A stretch of DNA of 63,963 nucleotides, counting the filler, from Intoshia linei (Eukaryota; Animalia; Orthonectida): the NCBI GenBank assembly GCA_001642005.1. It is 7 parts of 7 records of this genome, joined end to end, with 100 filler letters (N's around TTAATTAATTAA, not from the genome) between each part and the next. Parts side by side here need not be neighbours in the genome. Positions count along the whole stretch, not along the records: positions 1 to 8,644 come from LWCA01001435.1; positions 8,745 to 23,465 come from LWCA01000947.1; 5 more parts are not named here. One strand, given 5' to 3'. Both the position numbers and the translations under genes were made by a program. Below, in pieces: positions 1 to 12,664 of this stretch. Under the pieces are notes generated by a model. It did not search any database, was not told the DNA's origin, and was given only the letters and a program-made list of their open reading frames with translations. Within the stretch, counting starts at the first letter, position 1. Every line of letters begins with the position of its first letter.

Positions 1-323
1 TGAAATTGTAGCAGAAAATACTTACAGATTAGATGATAATCGTATATGGAATGGGATCAAACTTGACTAGATCAAATGAAAATGAAAATAATACAGATGA
101 AAAACAAGATGATTATCCTTACATTGTACAAGAGCATTTATTACCTGATGAACCTATTGATGCTGAAACAACTGGTCGACCAAAAAGATTTATTCAACTT
201 CCTACCAAATACAAGGATTTCGTGATGGGGGAAGATGATGTGATATCGAACTAAAGTAACGTAGAAGAACGATAATAGAAATAAATATTTTTATACTTCT
301 TAATTGTACACATCGAATAACAC
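1..323 (+). mobile_element. 3' end of an LTR (Gypsy-like) retrotransposon: pol tail, polypurine tract and short 3' LTR
   Basis: ORF 33..254 ends in ETTGRPKRFIQLPTKYKDFVM, typical of the RxxRxxxxPxRYxDY tail after integrase. It is followed by purine-rich GGGGGAAGATGA and a TG...ACA segment containing AATAAA. Confidence 0.5.
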
Positions 324-704
324 ATAGATATTACTTAAAGATACATAATCGATGCACTACCACTATTTTATTTTAAAGAATGTGATTTATAGCAACTCTA
401 AATTAAATGTTCAATATCAGAATACTATCTAGAAATTATTGATTAAAATGCAATTACATATTTTTTCAGACTATATTCAACTTTCATAGTGCACACAATT
501 ACTGCTAAAATTATCAGCGACTAACTAGGCTACTGTACAAATAATGTGTAACTAGCAACTCGTTCAACACAATTTTAGCGTTGTATCATTAAATTCTTAT
601 TTGTTTTTTTATAATTCTAATTGTCTCCCAACCAATTTATATCTTTCAATAATTTAATTACCTTTACAGGTAAAGACTTCATATTTATTGCAACAAATTT
701 CAAT

Positions 705-3700
705 ATGGTAAAATATTTTCTTTATAATTTTAGAGGAACTGTTTAGGAGACCCAATCGGCAGACTTGAGAGTTCTCCGTGAAGAGGCTGAAAATCTCAAA
801 GGACGCATATTTGTAATTTTTTAGATTATGGTGATTTATAAAAGTAGAATGCCAAACAAGAGGTATGTGACTGCACTATGAAAGAAAAGGCTGAACATTT
901 AAATTGTGTAGAAATTAAAATGATTTGTGTAAAGGTACATCGGGGACATAATGCAAAAATTTTCTCTGCTGGAATGTTAAAATCAAAGTAATTTTATTTT
1001 ATTTTTAGTTTGACATTTTTCTATAGAGCTTTTTTATCGGCTGCTCAAGATGGAAAAATGTTAATTTGGGACTTGGCGACAGGGTGCAAGGTAATTTTTC
1101 AGTTTTAAAGGATTAATTAATATAATTATCTATTATATGACACATGTCTATGTATTACTATGATTTCTTAATAATCATATTCAAACAAATATTTATATGT
1201 GAGTGTGAAATTTTCAAGTTTCATTATAGTCAAGTCAATTCATTATAGACTATCAGTGTATAAACTTAAAAACAATGCAATTATAGTTACATCCTAAAAA
1301 ATCGTCTTGAATAACATGACACCAGAAAAAATAAAATTTAAATACCTGTAGTACCTGTACTTCAATTATGAATTTGTGATGAAGTAATGTTACCAATATC
1401 GAAATATCAAAAGTATAATAACAAAGTTATGCTTTATTTGATTTAAAATTTTTGTTTTTGAGTTTTGAAAATGACAAGTTGCATAGCAATGATAAAAAAA
1501 ACAGAAGGAATCAATTTATGCGAGTGAACTCCATATTTATGTATTTAAAATGTGTATACGGTCAAGTACCATTTTTTTTAAATTGTAGGATGAATATTTC
1601 AATTTTTAATTTTAAATGTCAATTTAAAAATTTGAAAAATATTGGTTGATAAAAAATTAAAATTTATTTTTGACCGAGAATGCGTAGATTTCTAGGGTTG
1701 AAATTTTGCATTTATATCAACTGAGATAAGCTGTATCAGAATAAACTTTATTTTTTAATTGTAGAACGGTTAGTTAATTTAAATTATGTGTTTTATTTTT
1801 GTTAATAAAATAGTTTCCAAATAAAAAAATTAATACTAAAATGCTTTTTTGACTCTGAAGTCAAAAACCAATCACTTTGTCCGATAAAAATTTTTTGTGT
1901 GTGCTAACTGGGTATAAATGTATAAGCTGTAATTCTTTTTAAAATTCTAGGATTGTTTTCATTTTTTGAAAAAAGGGTAATCTGGGTTTTGATCGTGAAA
2001 ATTCACTTTTTGGAGGATGCCATTTATGATAATGCTCATGATTTTAAAAACTACCCCATAATTTATGTTTTATAATATTTTAGGATTTTTTTATTAATAA
2101 AACGAAGGGTAATTTATGGTTTTGACTATTAAGGTCTGCGGTTCTGAGGCTGAGGTTTATGACAATGTTAATGATTTTAGAAAGCGTCAGAGAATAAATG
2201 TTTTTTTAAATTTTTGGACTGATTTTATTTTTTTAAAAAAGGCAAATTCTGTTTTTGACTCTAAAGGACTCAAATTCGGAAAATGGAACATAGATATAGA
2301 CATAACCGGCGACAGATTGTAGTAGAAATTGATCTTACTTTCTGCAACGAAAAAAAATGAATTATAATTTTTGGTTTGGAAGTTTATGGGACTCTCTATT
2401 ATCTTACTAAGTGATAGCGTGTCACCAGTGGTGATCGCGTAGCATATTATGTAAGTAAGGATTTGCAATATTTGTTTGTGTGTGTGTTACCGTTTATTTC
2501 ATTAATTACCAGTCTTAGAATTTTATAAAGTCCACATTTCAATACAGTTTTTTCCGGGACGTATAATAAGATAAATTTCAACCTTCCAAACTCACATCTT
2601 ACGGGTCAAAAACCCCAATTGTCATTTTTTTTGAAAATCAAACTAGTTGGAGAATTTAAACAAATATATACGCTGATACGAATTTTAAAATCATAAACAT
2701 TATAAATTTAAATTTAAAAAAATTATATTTTCAGGGTCAAAACCACCAATTACCTTTTTTTTATTATGAAAACAGCCCTAGAATTTAAAAAAATTTACCG
2801 GTGGTATAGTTGTATCCTGTTAACACACACAAAATTTCAATCGGAATAAGTGACGCCTTCACGGTCAAAAAAGCATTTTAGTATTCGTATATTTTTTTCC
2901 GAAATATTTTATTAAATAAAAAATAATAATTAAAGGTCCAAAAATAAAAAAAAAAATTATTCTGATAGAGCTTATTTCAGTTGCTATAAATACAAAAGTT
3001 CAACGTCCGAAATCTACGCATTCCCGGTGAAAAATAATTTATAATATATTATTAACCAATATTTTTCAAATATTTGGATTAAAATAAAAATTTAAAATGT
3101 AAATATTAATCCTACAATTTCAAAAAAAATGTGCATTGAACGTTTACACATTTCCAATAAATATATATGGGTGAAAATCTATATAATTCATTCCTTCGGA
3201 ATTTTTCTTATTGTTACGCAATTTTTAAATTTGAAATTCTCATTTTCAAAAACTTTTGAATAAAATTTAAATTTAACTTTGTTAATATCATTTGTATATT
3301 TATTACAATCCTATGCAAATTTGGTAAAATTCGACTAAAATATGTTTATAAAATGAAGATTTGGTTAATTATTGATACATAATTGGTATCTAAGTATTTA
3401 TTAAATTCGTACTGAATATATATCATCACATTGATATGACAAAATAGGTTTTTATAATTTTATTTTTTCTGGAATTTATGCTATATATGACAATTTTTAG
3501 GATTAGACTGTTTTTACTTTATTTTTAAATGTTAACAAACAAAAAATTAAGATGTAATAATTCACTTTAAAGTAAAAAGTAATGTGATATGACGGTTCTA
3601 CCTGAAACAAGTTTGGGAATCACTTCTTTAAAGGATTGATAATAGTGAATAGTAGGATTTTTAAGTTAGATTTTTGTAAATTTATTTTTTGGTAGTATAA

Positions 3701-6700
3701 AAATGTTCCCTCGGTAGAACTAGGCTACGATATTTTTTAAGTATAATAAAAATGTGCCCTCAGCAGAGCTAGGTCCTTTTGGTACGTAGTACATAACAGT
3801 CAACCTAGTAGATTTATAATATCTGATGATGATAGTGTATCGTAATATTGTTTCAATTGAATAAAATACAATTGTATTTGTATAGTTAATGCTAATATAT
3901 TTTGTATTTTATAGCGTAATTCTGTAAATTTGGACTCTCAATGGGTAATGACTTGTACTTATGCACCTTCAGGAAATTTCATTGCGTCAGGTGGACTTGA
4001 CAATGTTTGTACCGTATATAACGTAAACAACAAAGAAGGAAATATTCGTAAATGGCGGGAATTATCTGTTCATACAGGATATCTTAGTTGTTGTCGATTT
4101 CTCGATGATAGTCAAATTCTCACATCAAGTGGAGACATGACGTGGTAAATTTATAATAATCTAGCTTCTCTGAGACTGAGATTTATTAAAATGTTAATGA
4201 TTTTATGAACCTAAAGAATGTATGTGTTTTTTTTAATTTTTAGATTGATTTTATTTTAAAAAAAAGGGAATTATGTTTTGGTCTTAAAAAAGTCATTTTT
4301 TGAAAATAAAAGTTAGATATAAACATCACTCGCTAAAAATTGCATTAGAAATTTGGTTTTTTGAAATTCTACGACTGTTAATATTGTAAATAAATGGTAA
4401 CAAACACACAGACAGTAGGCGTACGAAATGTCCTAGACTGTGCTTGATTTATAAAATAAATGAATTTTTATACTACTGATAATTTTATAAGAGTGTCTAC
4501 TTAAATCTAACTATTTTTACTAAAATTTTTAGTAATCAAAATTTACCAACACTAACATGAAAAATTCAGTTTTAACACCTTAAAAGGAAAAATCCAGTTT
4601 TACCAACCTTTAACGGAAAAATCCATCTATGTCTATGTCTACGGAAAAATCTATGTACAAAATGTCCCATACTGTGCTTGATTTATAGAATAAATGAATA
4701 TAAAATGTATGCATTAAGACGACCATGTAGTGGGACCATTATAATTAAACAAAGGGTTGAAGGATAACAATGAAATTGAATAGAATATTACTGATATAAT
4801 AAATAATTTTAATTTGAACAATATATAAAATTATCAGTAGTATAAAAATTCACTTAGGGATAGGAGATATTCAAGGCTTGGTTCGCCTGGATGGTCTCTA
4901 ATAAATTGTACTAAAGCTTCACGCATATATACATATTTTTCGTTGTTTCTTAATCTAATCCATTTTTGATGGTTTCGTTCTTCCTCTTTTATCAGTGTCA
5001 GATCAAATGTAGGTACTGTATTATTTCCTGAACTGCATCGACTATTCATTCTTTTATGCCACCCTTTAATTGCGTTATTGGTTGAAGGTATATTATCGAA
5101 AATATTTAAAAATACATTCCAGACATGTATGGGGTATCTGACGCTTTAACCAATATCACTAATATAATTTTTGTAAAAATAATTATATATTGAGCTTAAT
5201 AACACAGGAAAATCAACACTAACACGAACGGTATAGTACATTCTTCTAACTCGATGTTCAGGTATGAAAGACAGTACACTTAACACTCTAATATATATTC
5301 TAATTTCGTAACAACGTCTGTATTCAGCCATGAGTCCTTTTTTTGTAATTTTCGTTGAATAGACTGCCCTAGATGAAATTGGCACGCTGACAATCTACAG
5401 GTTGGGTAAAAATATTGAAATGCAGAAATTGCAGCACTTTCATAATTACAGAGAATTATATCTGGGTGTAATTTTATAATAAATCTATTAAATATTGTTA
5501 GCATCTTAATATATGTAGTTTTTCTCTTATTTTTCAATAAACAATACATGACTGGTACAACCATGATGATTCTTAATTATTGTTGTATCTAACTTACAGT
5601 TGATAATATGGTTTTGGAACAACAAAGAATGTTCCATCTATTGACCATACTTTTTCTTTTTCCATTTAGCTAAAGATAATTTAATTTTTGTTATAAATAA
5701 TATTACATTTTCTATAAATTATTAAATTTTAAAAAACGCGGTTAAGAACAATAATAAATCCTCTGCGATATTTTAAGTCAATTAACTTGGTATGCATTTA
5801 TTTTTATGGGAACTATAGAAACTGTTAAATTCATTCTGTATAACAATTTGTTACATTATTATTATTTTATTATTAACAAATAATTCATTTTAGGGACATA
5901 ACGTCCCTAGGACATTATTAAAAATTTTAGTAAAAATAGTTGGATTTAAGTAGACACCTTTATAAAATTATCAGTAGTATAAAAATTCATTTATTTTATA
6001 AATCAAGCACAGTCTGGGACATTATGTCCTTGGAAAAGTTTGTACACACACGATAAATATATGGTTAAAATTTATCTCGATTTAATCATATTAACTATTT
6101 AAAGAAAATATATTTATCCTCTATTCAGAGCCGAACCTACCAAGTTCGATGCTATCCGAAAATTAAATATAGGCCGCTATAACACTGTTTTAAATTGTTA
6201 TCCCCTCGCAGAGCTAGGTGCTTAGTAGATAGGTAGGTATGTAGTACATAACAGCAACCTATTATTTGAATACATTTTTTATTTTTTTAAATGCTTAATT
6301 TGGAAAAATTATTCCCCCATTTTACAAACATTTCGTTGAGACCACCTCCTCTAGAAGAATCTATTGATACGGTAAATTCGGATTTAAGATTATAATACAA
6401 TTGGCACAAATACGTTGTTTATTAACTTATTGTAAGCGATGCTAGATGTTTTATTGATTTAATAGACTATTTTAATGTAGTTCATTGTGGGATTTGGAAA
6501 CTGGACAACAAACTACTCAATTCTTGGGCCACAATGGAGACATTATGAGTGTCGAACTTTCACCCGACCACCGAACTTTCGTTTCTGGAGCTTGTGATGC
6601 CACAGCAAAGGTATACATTTTATTTTTTATCTAAATTATTTTTAGCTTTGGGATATTCGTGATGGTCAATGTAAACAGACTTTTATCGGACATGAAGCAG

Positions 6701-7112
6701 ACATTAACACAGTTTCAGTAATTCTACTTTTCGCTTTTAACTTTTCAATAAAGAAATGTATACATTTGTACAATATATCTATTTTTAGATGAATCCACAC
6801 GGATATTGGTTTGCAACCGGTTCAGATGATGCAACTTGCTTGCTTCATGATATTAGAGCAGATCAACATATTGCCACTTATTCTCATGATAATGTGATTA
6901 GTGGTGTAACTTCAAGTGTATTCAGTCTTAGTGGAAGAATTTTGTTTACAGGGCACGATGATCTTCACGGTCACGTATGGGATACTTTAAAACAAGAACA
7001 CTCTGGAATTTTAGCTAGTCACGACAACAGAATTACTGAACTTATAATTTCAGACGATGGAACCACTCTAATTTCTGCCTCATGGGACCATACCCTCAAA
7101 TCGTGGAAGTGA
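705..7112 (+). CDS. Heterotrimeric G-protein beta subunit, divergent GNB1-4 type, 342 aa. Exons 705-707, 747-812, 848-987, 1027-1090, 3915-4144, 6481-6610, 6646-6717, 6789-7112
   Basis: All introns are GT-AG and the exons sum to 1029 nt in frame. N-terminal coiled coil ([12 protein letters not shown]) plus WD40 motifs [60 protein letters not shown] and SWD. Confidence 0.95.
1480..2461 (-). mobile_element. Helitron-like repeat family copy (reverse), in the 2.8-kb G-beta intron (1091-3914)
   Basis: Reverse complement of 2464-3250 over several hundred bp. The family 5' motif TCCTTACTTACATAATATGCTACGC starts at 2461 on the minus strand. Confidence 0.7.
2464..3808 (+). mobile_element. Helitron-like repeat family copy (forward, 5'-truncated, composite)
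   Basis: Starts GCAATATTTGTTTGTGTGTG and is collinear with 15930-16740. Ends with the family terminus AGAGCTAGGTCC...ACATAACAGTCAACCTAG|T. Confidence 0.75.
4428..6022 (-). mobile_element. Mutator-like (MULE) DNA transposon relic with ~105-bp terminal inverted repeats, in a G-beta intron
   Basis: 4428-4535 is the reverse complement of 5915-6022. Internal frameshifted transposase pieces: [49 protein letters not shown] and [11 protein letters not shown]. Confidence 0.85.
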
Positions 7113-7724
7113 TTCAAACCTATTCACTTATATAATAATTAAAATGTGTTATATATAATTCATTTTTTACTTGCATTTAAACCGACAGCATAATTTTACA
7201 CATTTGTTTCATTTCAAGATTTTGACTCCCATTATTTCAAGAGAGCTGTAAATTTTCATTTTCAACAGTTGAAACTTACACGTTTTCTACATGTTCTCAT
7301 TGTTGTATACATTTCATTTGTTAAAAAATAAATTTAATTGCAATTTTTTTGTTTGTTCTTAGATTAAACTAAAGTGGTCAGAAAAAATACCTACTATCAA
7401 TTTTCGTTTATTTGGTGTTAAATGTAAAGCTAAAACTACTTATCTATGATGACTAAAGCAAGCAAAAGTCAGAAAAGTTCAAATTTGATATGTTAAATAG
7501 TTTAACATTTCCAACATGATGGCACCAATATCGTCAATATTAATTGGCTAATTCAAATTTTATAAAGTTAATACGGTTAGAAAAGTTAACAATTTTTCCA
7601 AATGTTAGAATTTTTTTAAAAGTTAATAAAGTTAGATTTTGAAATATTCAATTATTTAAATGTGCATTGTTTTTAAATTTTACAAATATGAATCTAAATC
7701 AAATTTTAATTTAATAATCAGTTA

Positions 7725-8644
7725 ATGCCTAAATTTCTAAAGTCGAGACAAGAAAAAATTAATAGTATTTTAAGAATATTTCCAAATGAATTTAAAATGA
7801 AGGACGGTAGTTTAATTTGTAATCAAATGCAATTGTGATGTCTCATTAGGAAAAATATTATGTACAGAGTCATAGGTCGTCTATTAAACACAAATTATTA
7901 ACTTTGAATGATACTACTCCAATCCGTAAATATTACAAATTAAAAAGTGATTTTTCCATTGACATAGTAAAACTTTTTGCCTCGTTAGATCTTATACAAG
8001 TTAAACAACAATAATTTAAAGGAATTTTTTACCAACATGAGCAAATTGTTACCATCTGATAACAATTGTCGTGGTAAAATCGACCAGGTATATTTGAAGG
8101 AAATTGAAAAGATAAAATCGTGTTGTAAAGATGAATTAATATTTATGATATTGGATGAAACCGATTTAAACGATGTTAAATATATAAATATAATTGTCGG
8201 TACTTTGAAAACCCCCCAAAATTTAATGCTGTTTGACTGAAATGATTAATACAAACATGAATGGTCAAATTATTCTACATAATGTGGACGACACTGCCAC
8301 ATCTTTGAATATAAAGAGGGAAAATTTTGTTTTATTCGTAACTGATGCTGCATGGTAAATTTAATTTTTTTATCAATTGCAAATATATATATAATATCAA
8401 TATTAGATACAATACATCGATCACATCACAATTGAAAATGCTGTATCCAAATTTATTCCATGTTACTTGCATACGCCATCTAATGCATAACTGTTGCATG
8501 AAGCTTCAACAGAAATATACAATTGTTGACGAACGCATCAGCAGCATAAAATTTCTTACATTAAAGAATAAATCGCTCCGCGAATTGTTATATGACATTG
8601 GTTATCCACCCAGATCAGTGATTACAAGGTGGGGTACTTGGCTT
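7725..8644 (+). pseudogene. Degenerate hAT-related (CGGBP1/DUF659-like) transposase, truncated by a gap
   Basis: Motifs LDETD, VTDAA, YPNLFHVTCIRHLMHNCC and PPRSVITRWGTWL, with frameshifts and stops. Apparent intron at 8355-8406. Confidence 0.8.
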
Positions 8645-8744
8645 NNNNNNNNNNNNNNNNNNNNNNNNNNNNNNNNNNNNNNNNNNNNTTAATTAATTAA
8701 NNNNNNNNNNNNNNNNNNNNNNNNNNNNNNNNNNNNNNNNNNNN
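8645..8744. other. Artificial contig linker N44-TTAATTAATTAA-N44 (also at 23466-23565, 35989-36088, 48686-48785, 58132-58231, 62312-62411)
   Basis: The same 100-bp structure occurs six times, and the 12-mer gives stop codons in all six frames. Confidence 0.97.
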
Positions 8745-8870
8745 CCCCCCCCCCCCTTGAAAGTTTGATTTAAAAAAATTTTTAAGAAACCCCTATTGAA
8801 TGTTTGGTTAAAAAAAATTTCTATAAACCCCCCTTAAAGTTTGATTCAAAAAAAAATTCTAAAAACCAAT
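8745..8870. repeat. ~35-bp degenerate tandem repeat (about 3.5 units)
   Basis: Repeated AAACCCCC(T)TGAAAGTTTGATTTAAAAAAATTT units. Confidence 0.7.
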
Positions 8871-9142
8871 ATTAAACTAAAATTAAAATATACAGTCAAT
8901 TCTGTTCTATATCAACATCCTAGAATATAAACACAACAATTTTGTTTGAACAAACATTGATTGGACATTTTGAAACTTTTAATTATATTATTATCGCCAT
9001 TTATATATGTTCATATTACAGTATAGTATGAACATGATCAACACCTGGTCCCTTCATGTTCATATAGAACAGAATCGACTGTAAATGAAAATTTTACACA
9101 TTCTACTTGTCTATGAAATGTATATATTCTACGACTTGCAAG

Positions 9143-9673
9143 TAGTGATTGTGATTTCCTGATTTCCAAATGACAAAAGTCGAGAACCGGGTAATTAAAA
9201 ATTAAATTTCTCGGAAAAAATAAAATAATTTTATTCATTATAATATAATACATATATTATACTATAGAAGCAATAAAAATTTTAGAGACTTTAATTAGAG
9301 ATCAAGCGTTAGTAATTTGTGGTTGGAATAAGAGGTTTTTAAAAAAGTATTGGAAAAAGGATATTTTTCCATTAAGGGCTGAAAAATTAGATTTTTTATT
9401 TGTGATTTGATGAAGGGGATTTTTTCATAAGATTTCGTAAAATCGGATTTTTAAAAAGAATATCGGTGTAAGTCAATTTTTCCATGAGGGCTTGAAATAG
9501 TATTTTTAATTAAATTTTATTTGTGGTGGGATTTTTGAAATGGTAAATTTTAAATATTATAATATAAACATATTTTCATAGTAATAACAAACAAATCAAA
9601 TACAGGTATGTCTCAATTTTTTTCGGGAAATCCCGGGAATTTTGTCCCGGTTTTTTCCCCGACACAGTCACTA
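9143..9673. mobile_element. hAT MITE family A copy 1 (TIR TAGTGATTGTG)
   Basis: TIRs TAGTGATTGTG...CACAGTCACTA with perfect 8-bp TSD CTTGCAAG (9135-9142 and 9674-9681). Confidence 0.9.
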
Positions 9674-11039
9674 CTTGCAAGGGGAATGTGTACATTTCAC
9701 AGTTGTACACGTTCTATGCAACATATATATTTACTTTTATTAATTTTCATCATTTTTAGTCAGAAAATCGGAAAGATACTTGTAAATTAACGGATAAATT
9801 TTCGGAATACATCGATAAGAAAAGTCAGGATATTATAAATGTAATTTTAATATTTAAGATGATTATTATTGATAACTTTTTAGAGTAAAAATAATAGATT
9901 TTCCACACTTGGTGGTGTTTTTGTACAAATAATAAAAAAATTAACAAATAATCAAATTTGTCAATTGATGTACTCAATAAAAAATGTAATTATTTTATAA
10001 TTTAAACTGCTTAGCTGTGATGTATTCGTACAAACAGTAAAAAATACATCAAATAATAAAATCTTAGTTAAAAATGGCACTATTCAATATTACCAATCTA
10101 TCCAAGGAGTGGTTCCCAAATTTGTATTACCATGGACCAATCATTTCACATTAAATTAAATTAAAAGTGAATTAATTAATTCCCACTTAATTTTATTTTG
10201 TGAAGATTTGAGTATAGCATTTCAAAATCAATTTCGTGGCCCGATTTTTTAAATTTATTAGAGACGTGAATTTAATCTTACCAATAAAGTAAAATCAAAA
10301 AAAAAAATTGTAAATACAGGGTAATTCTCGATATTTTGACAAAAATTGTTGAAAAAAGCTATACTAAATTGAATATTTTTAAAAAATCAACGATGAATTG
10401 TTTTTTTCATTTATTAAGATAATGGGATAATTTGAGATTTTGGTAATGAAGTTTTTATATACGTTTTTGGGATTGAAATTTATGATATTGCTCATGATTT
10501 TAAAATCTTAATTAAAGAGTATATTTAAAAAAATGGGGTAATTTGGATTTTTGACAGTGAAAGACTCAATTTCATGAAAATTTCTGAAAAATAAATACAT
10601 CGCATCTTACTCTACAAAAACTGTATTAACTAGTTGATTTTCTAAGACTCTTCGTCTCTTATTTTCTTAAATAAATGGTTATAGAAGACATCAATTTTTA
10701 GCTTAATTAGTTTATATAAATTATAATATAATTATTATTAATATTAGAAACTTGGACAATTGAATGTAGCGGAATTGGCAGTACAAGATAAATGTCATGA
10801 TGATCTAATTTCTTTAATTTATATGATAGGTATATTATCAATTTCATGATGTTAAATTGAAATAATTAAAAAAATGTTAAATTGAGCAACCGAATAGTTA
10901 ATACCATTATTATTTAAATATTTACGATTTAGTCAATTAATTAATAATGTAAATGTTAGGTATTTAAAAAATATAATATAAATAAAATATTTTTTAGAGG
11001 GACACGTTATAATTTAATGTTTATAATAAGTTATTATAT

Positions 11040-11420
11040 TATAATGTCATTTTTTTTTAAAATTTAGGACTATTTTCATTTTATGAAAAAAGGGAAATTT
11101 GGGGTTTTGGCCCCTAAGATATATTTTTTTTAATTTTAAATTTATGAAAATGTTCATGATTTTAAAATCTGTATCAAAGTGTATAATTTTTTTAATTATA
11201 GGACTCGTCTGATTTTAAAATAAAAAAGGATAATTGGGTATTTAAGCGGTAAGATGTGAGTTTCTGAGATTTAAATTTATCTTTCTTTCACTCCGGAAAA
11301 AAACTGTAATAGAAATGTGGAATTTTTTAAATTATAAGATTCTTAGTATATGAAATAAACAATAACACACAGACATACAGACAAACAGAAAAACAAACAA
11401 AAAGTATTATGTAAGTTAGC
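11040..11420 (-). mobile_element. Helitron-like family fragment
   Basis: Reverse-complement match to the 5' half of 15908-16810. Confidence 0.65.
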
Positions 11421-11940
11421 ATAATATGTTATCATAAAAATTTTCAATTGTTAAAAAACCTTTTAAGAAAAATTAAATCTTATTTATCAGTTATGAAATT
11501 ACATTTTGACTATACATTTGTAGATTTGAATGTTTATTAATCATTGTTTAATCTATGTATTTTTAGAAATATTATTGGTAGATGAATCATTATTTTATGC
11601 CAAAGTTTTGTACATGTTTAAATCACAAAATACCTTCAGCATCATGAAAATTATTGATTCATTAAACAATGTATAATTAAAAATTTATAAACAATATATA
11701 TTAGGTTGTTCCAAGAAACTTGGGTAAGGGTGAAAAAATAGAATTTATAAATTTGACAGAAATGCTAAATTTTTGACAACCCTATTCTAATAATTGTATA
11801 ATCCTATTTCCGATTATATTTTTATAATTCAAAAAGTTTAAAAATCAAGCTAAATTTTTGTTTAAAAAGTTTTACTTTAATTTTTTTCCTTGTACTTTTA
11901 AACAATTTACATGATTGATCGCAACAATTCGTGTTGCAGC

Positions 11941-12300
11941 TAGTGATTGTGATTTCCCGTGAAATGAAAAAAGTCGAGAACCGGAAAATTTAACTTTTAA
12001 TTACCCGAGAAAAATAAAAAATTTTTATTCATATAAAATAGAAGTATTAAAAATTTTAGAGACCTTAATTAATTTTAGAAACAAAAAGAAATTTTATTTG
12101 ATTACTAAATTGAAATTTACAAATTTAATTAGAAAAAAATTTATTTATTGTAGATTGTTGAAAAAGTGTTTCAAAACACATATTGATAGATTCGTCTTTT
12201 AAGCGCTTCTACGTTTTGTAACGAAATTAGAAAATCCCGGGAAATTTAATTCCCGGAAATTAATTAATATCCCGGAAATTTTGTCTCGGCACAATCACTA
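11941..12300. mobile_element. hAT MITE family A copy 2
   Basis: TIRs TAGTGATTGTG...CACAATCACTA with perfect TSD GTTGCAGC. Confidence 0.92.
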
Positions 12301-12664
12301 GTTGCAGCTCATATGTCAAATTTTGGATCAGCCTGATATATAATGTATATTCAATAGTGATATTTACTAATACCGGAGTTGTAGTTAAATTTTATGATTT
12401 TTATTGGGATTTAGGAAGATTTCTATTTAAGAATATTTTTTTAATTCACCAAACAAGATCCGTGGTAGAGATCCATATTCGCCCGGGTGGCCACAATAAA
12501 ATTAGAAATTATCGTTATGAACACATTTTTCTATAGCATTTACCATCCATGTCCTTTTTCGTTTTAAAAGTCGTAGAAACATTATAGCGTTCAACTCTAC
12601 ATTACAGTTTCTCATAAATAGCATTTCTCATTGGTTTTATAATTTTTAATTTTAGATTCAAATT

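Noticed and set aside
1452-2468. Short ORFs 1452..1649, 2116..2322 and 2187..2468, and similar ones at 9038, 9608, 27378, 27885, 33321 and 61379
   Set aside because: They lie inside non-coding repeat copies and are F/K/I/N-rich chance ORFs.
8689-8700. TTAATTAATTAA palindrome recurring six times
   Set aside because: It is always centred in N runs, so it is an assembly linker and not biological.
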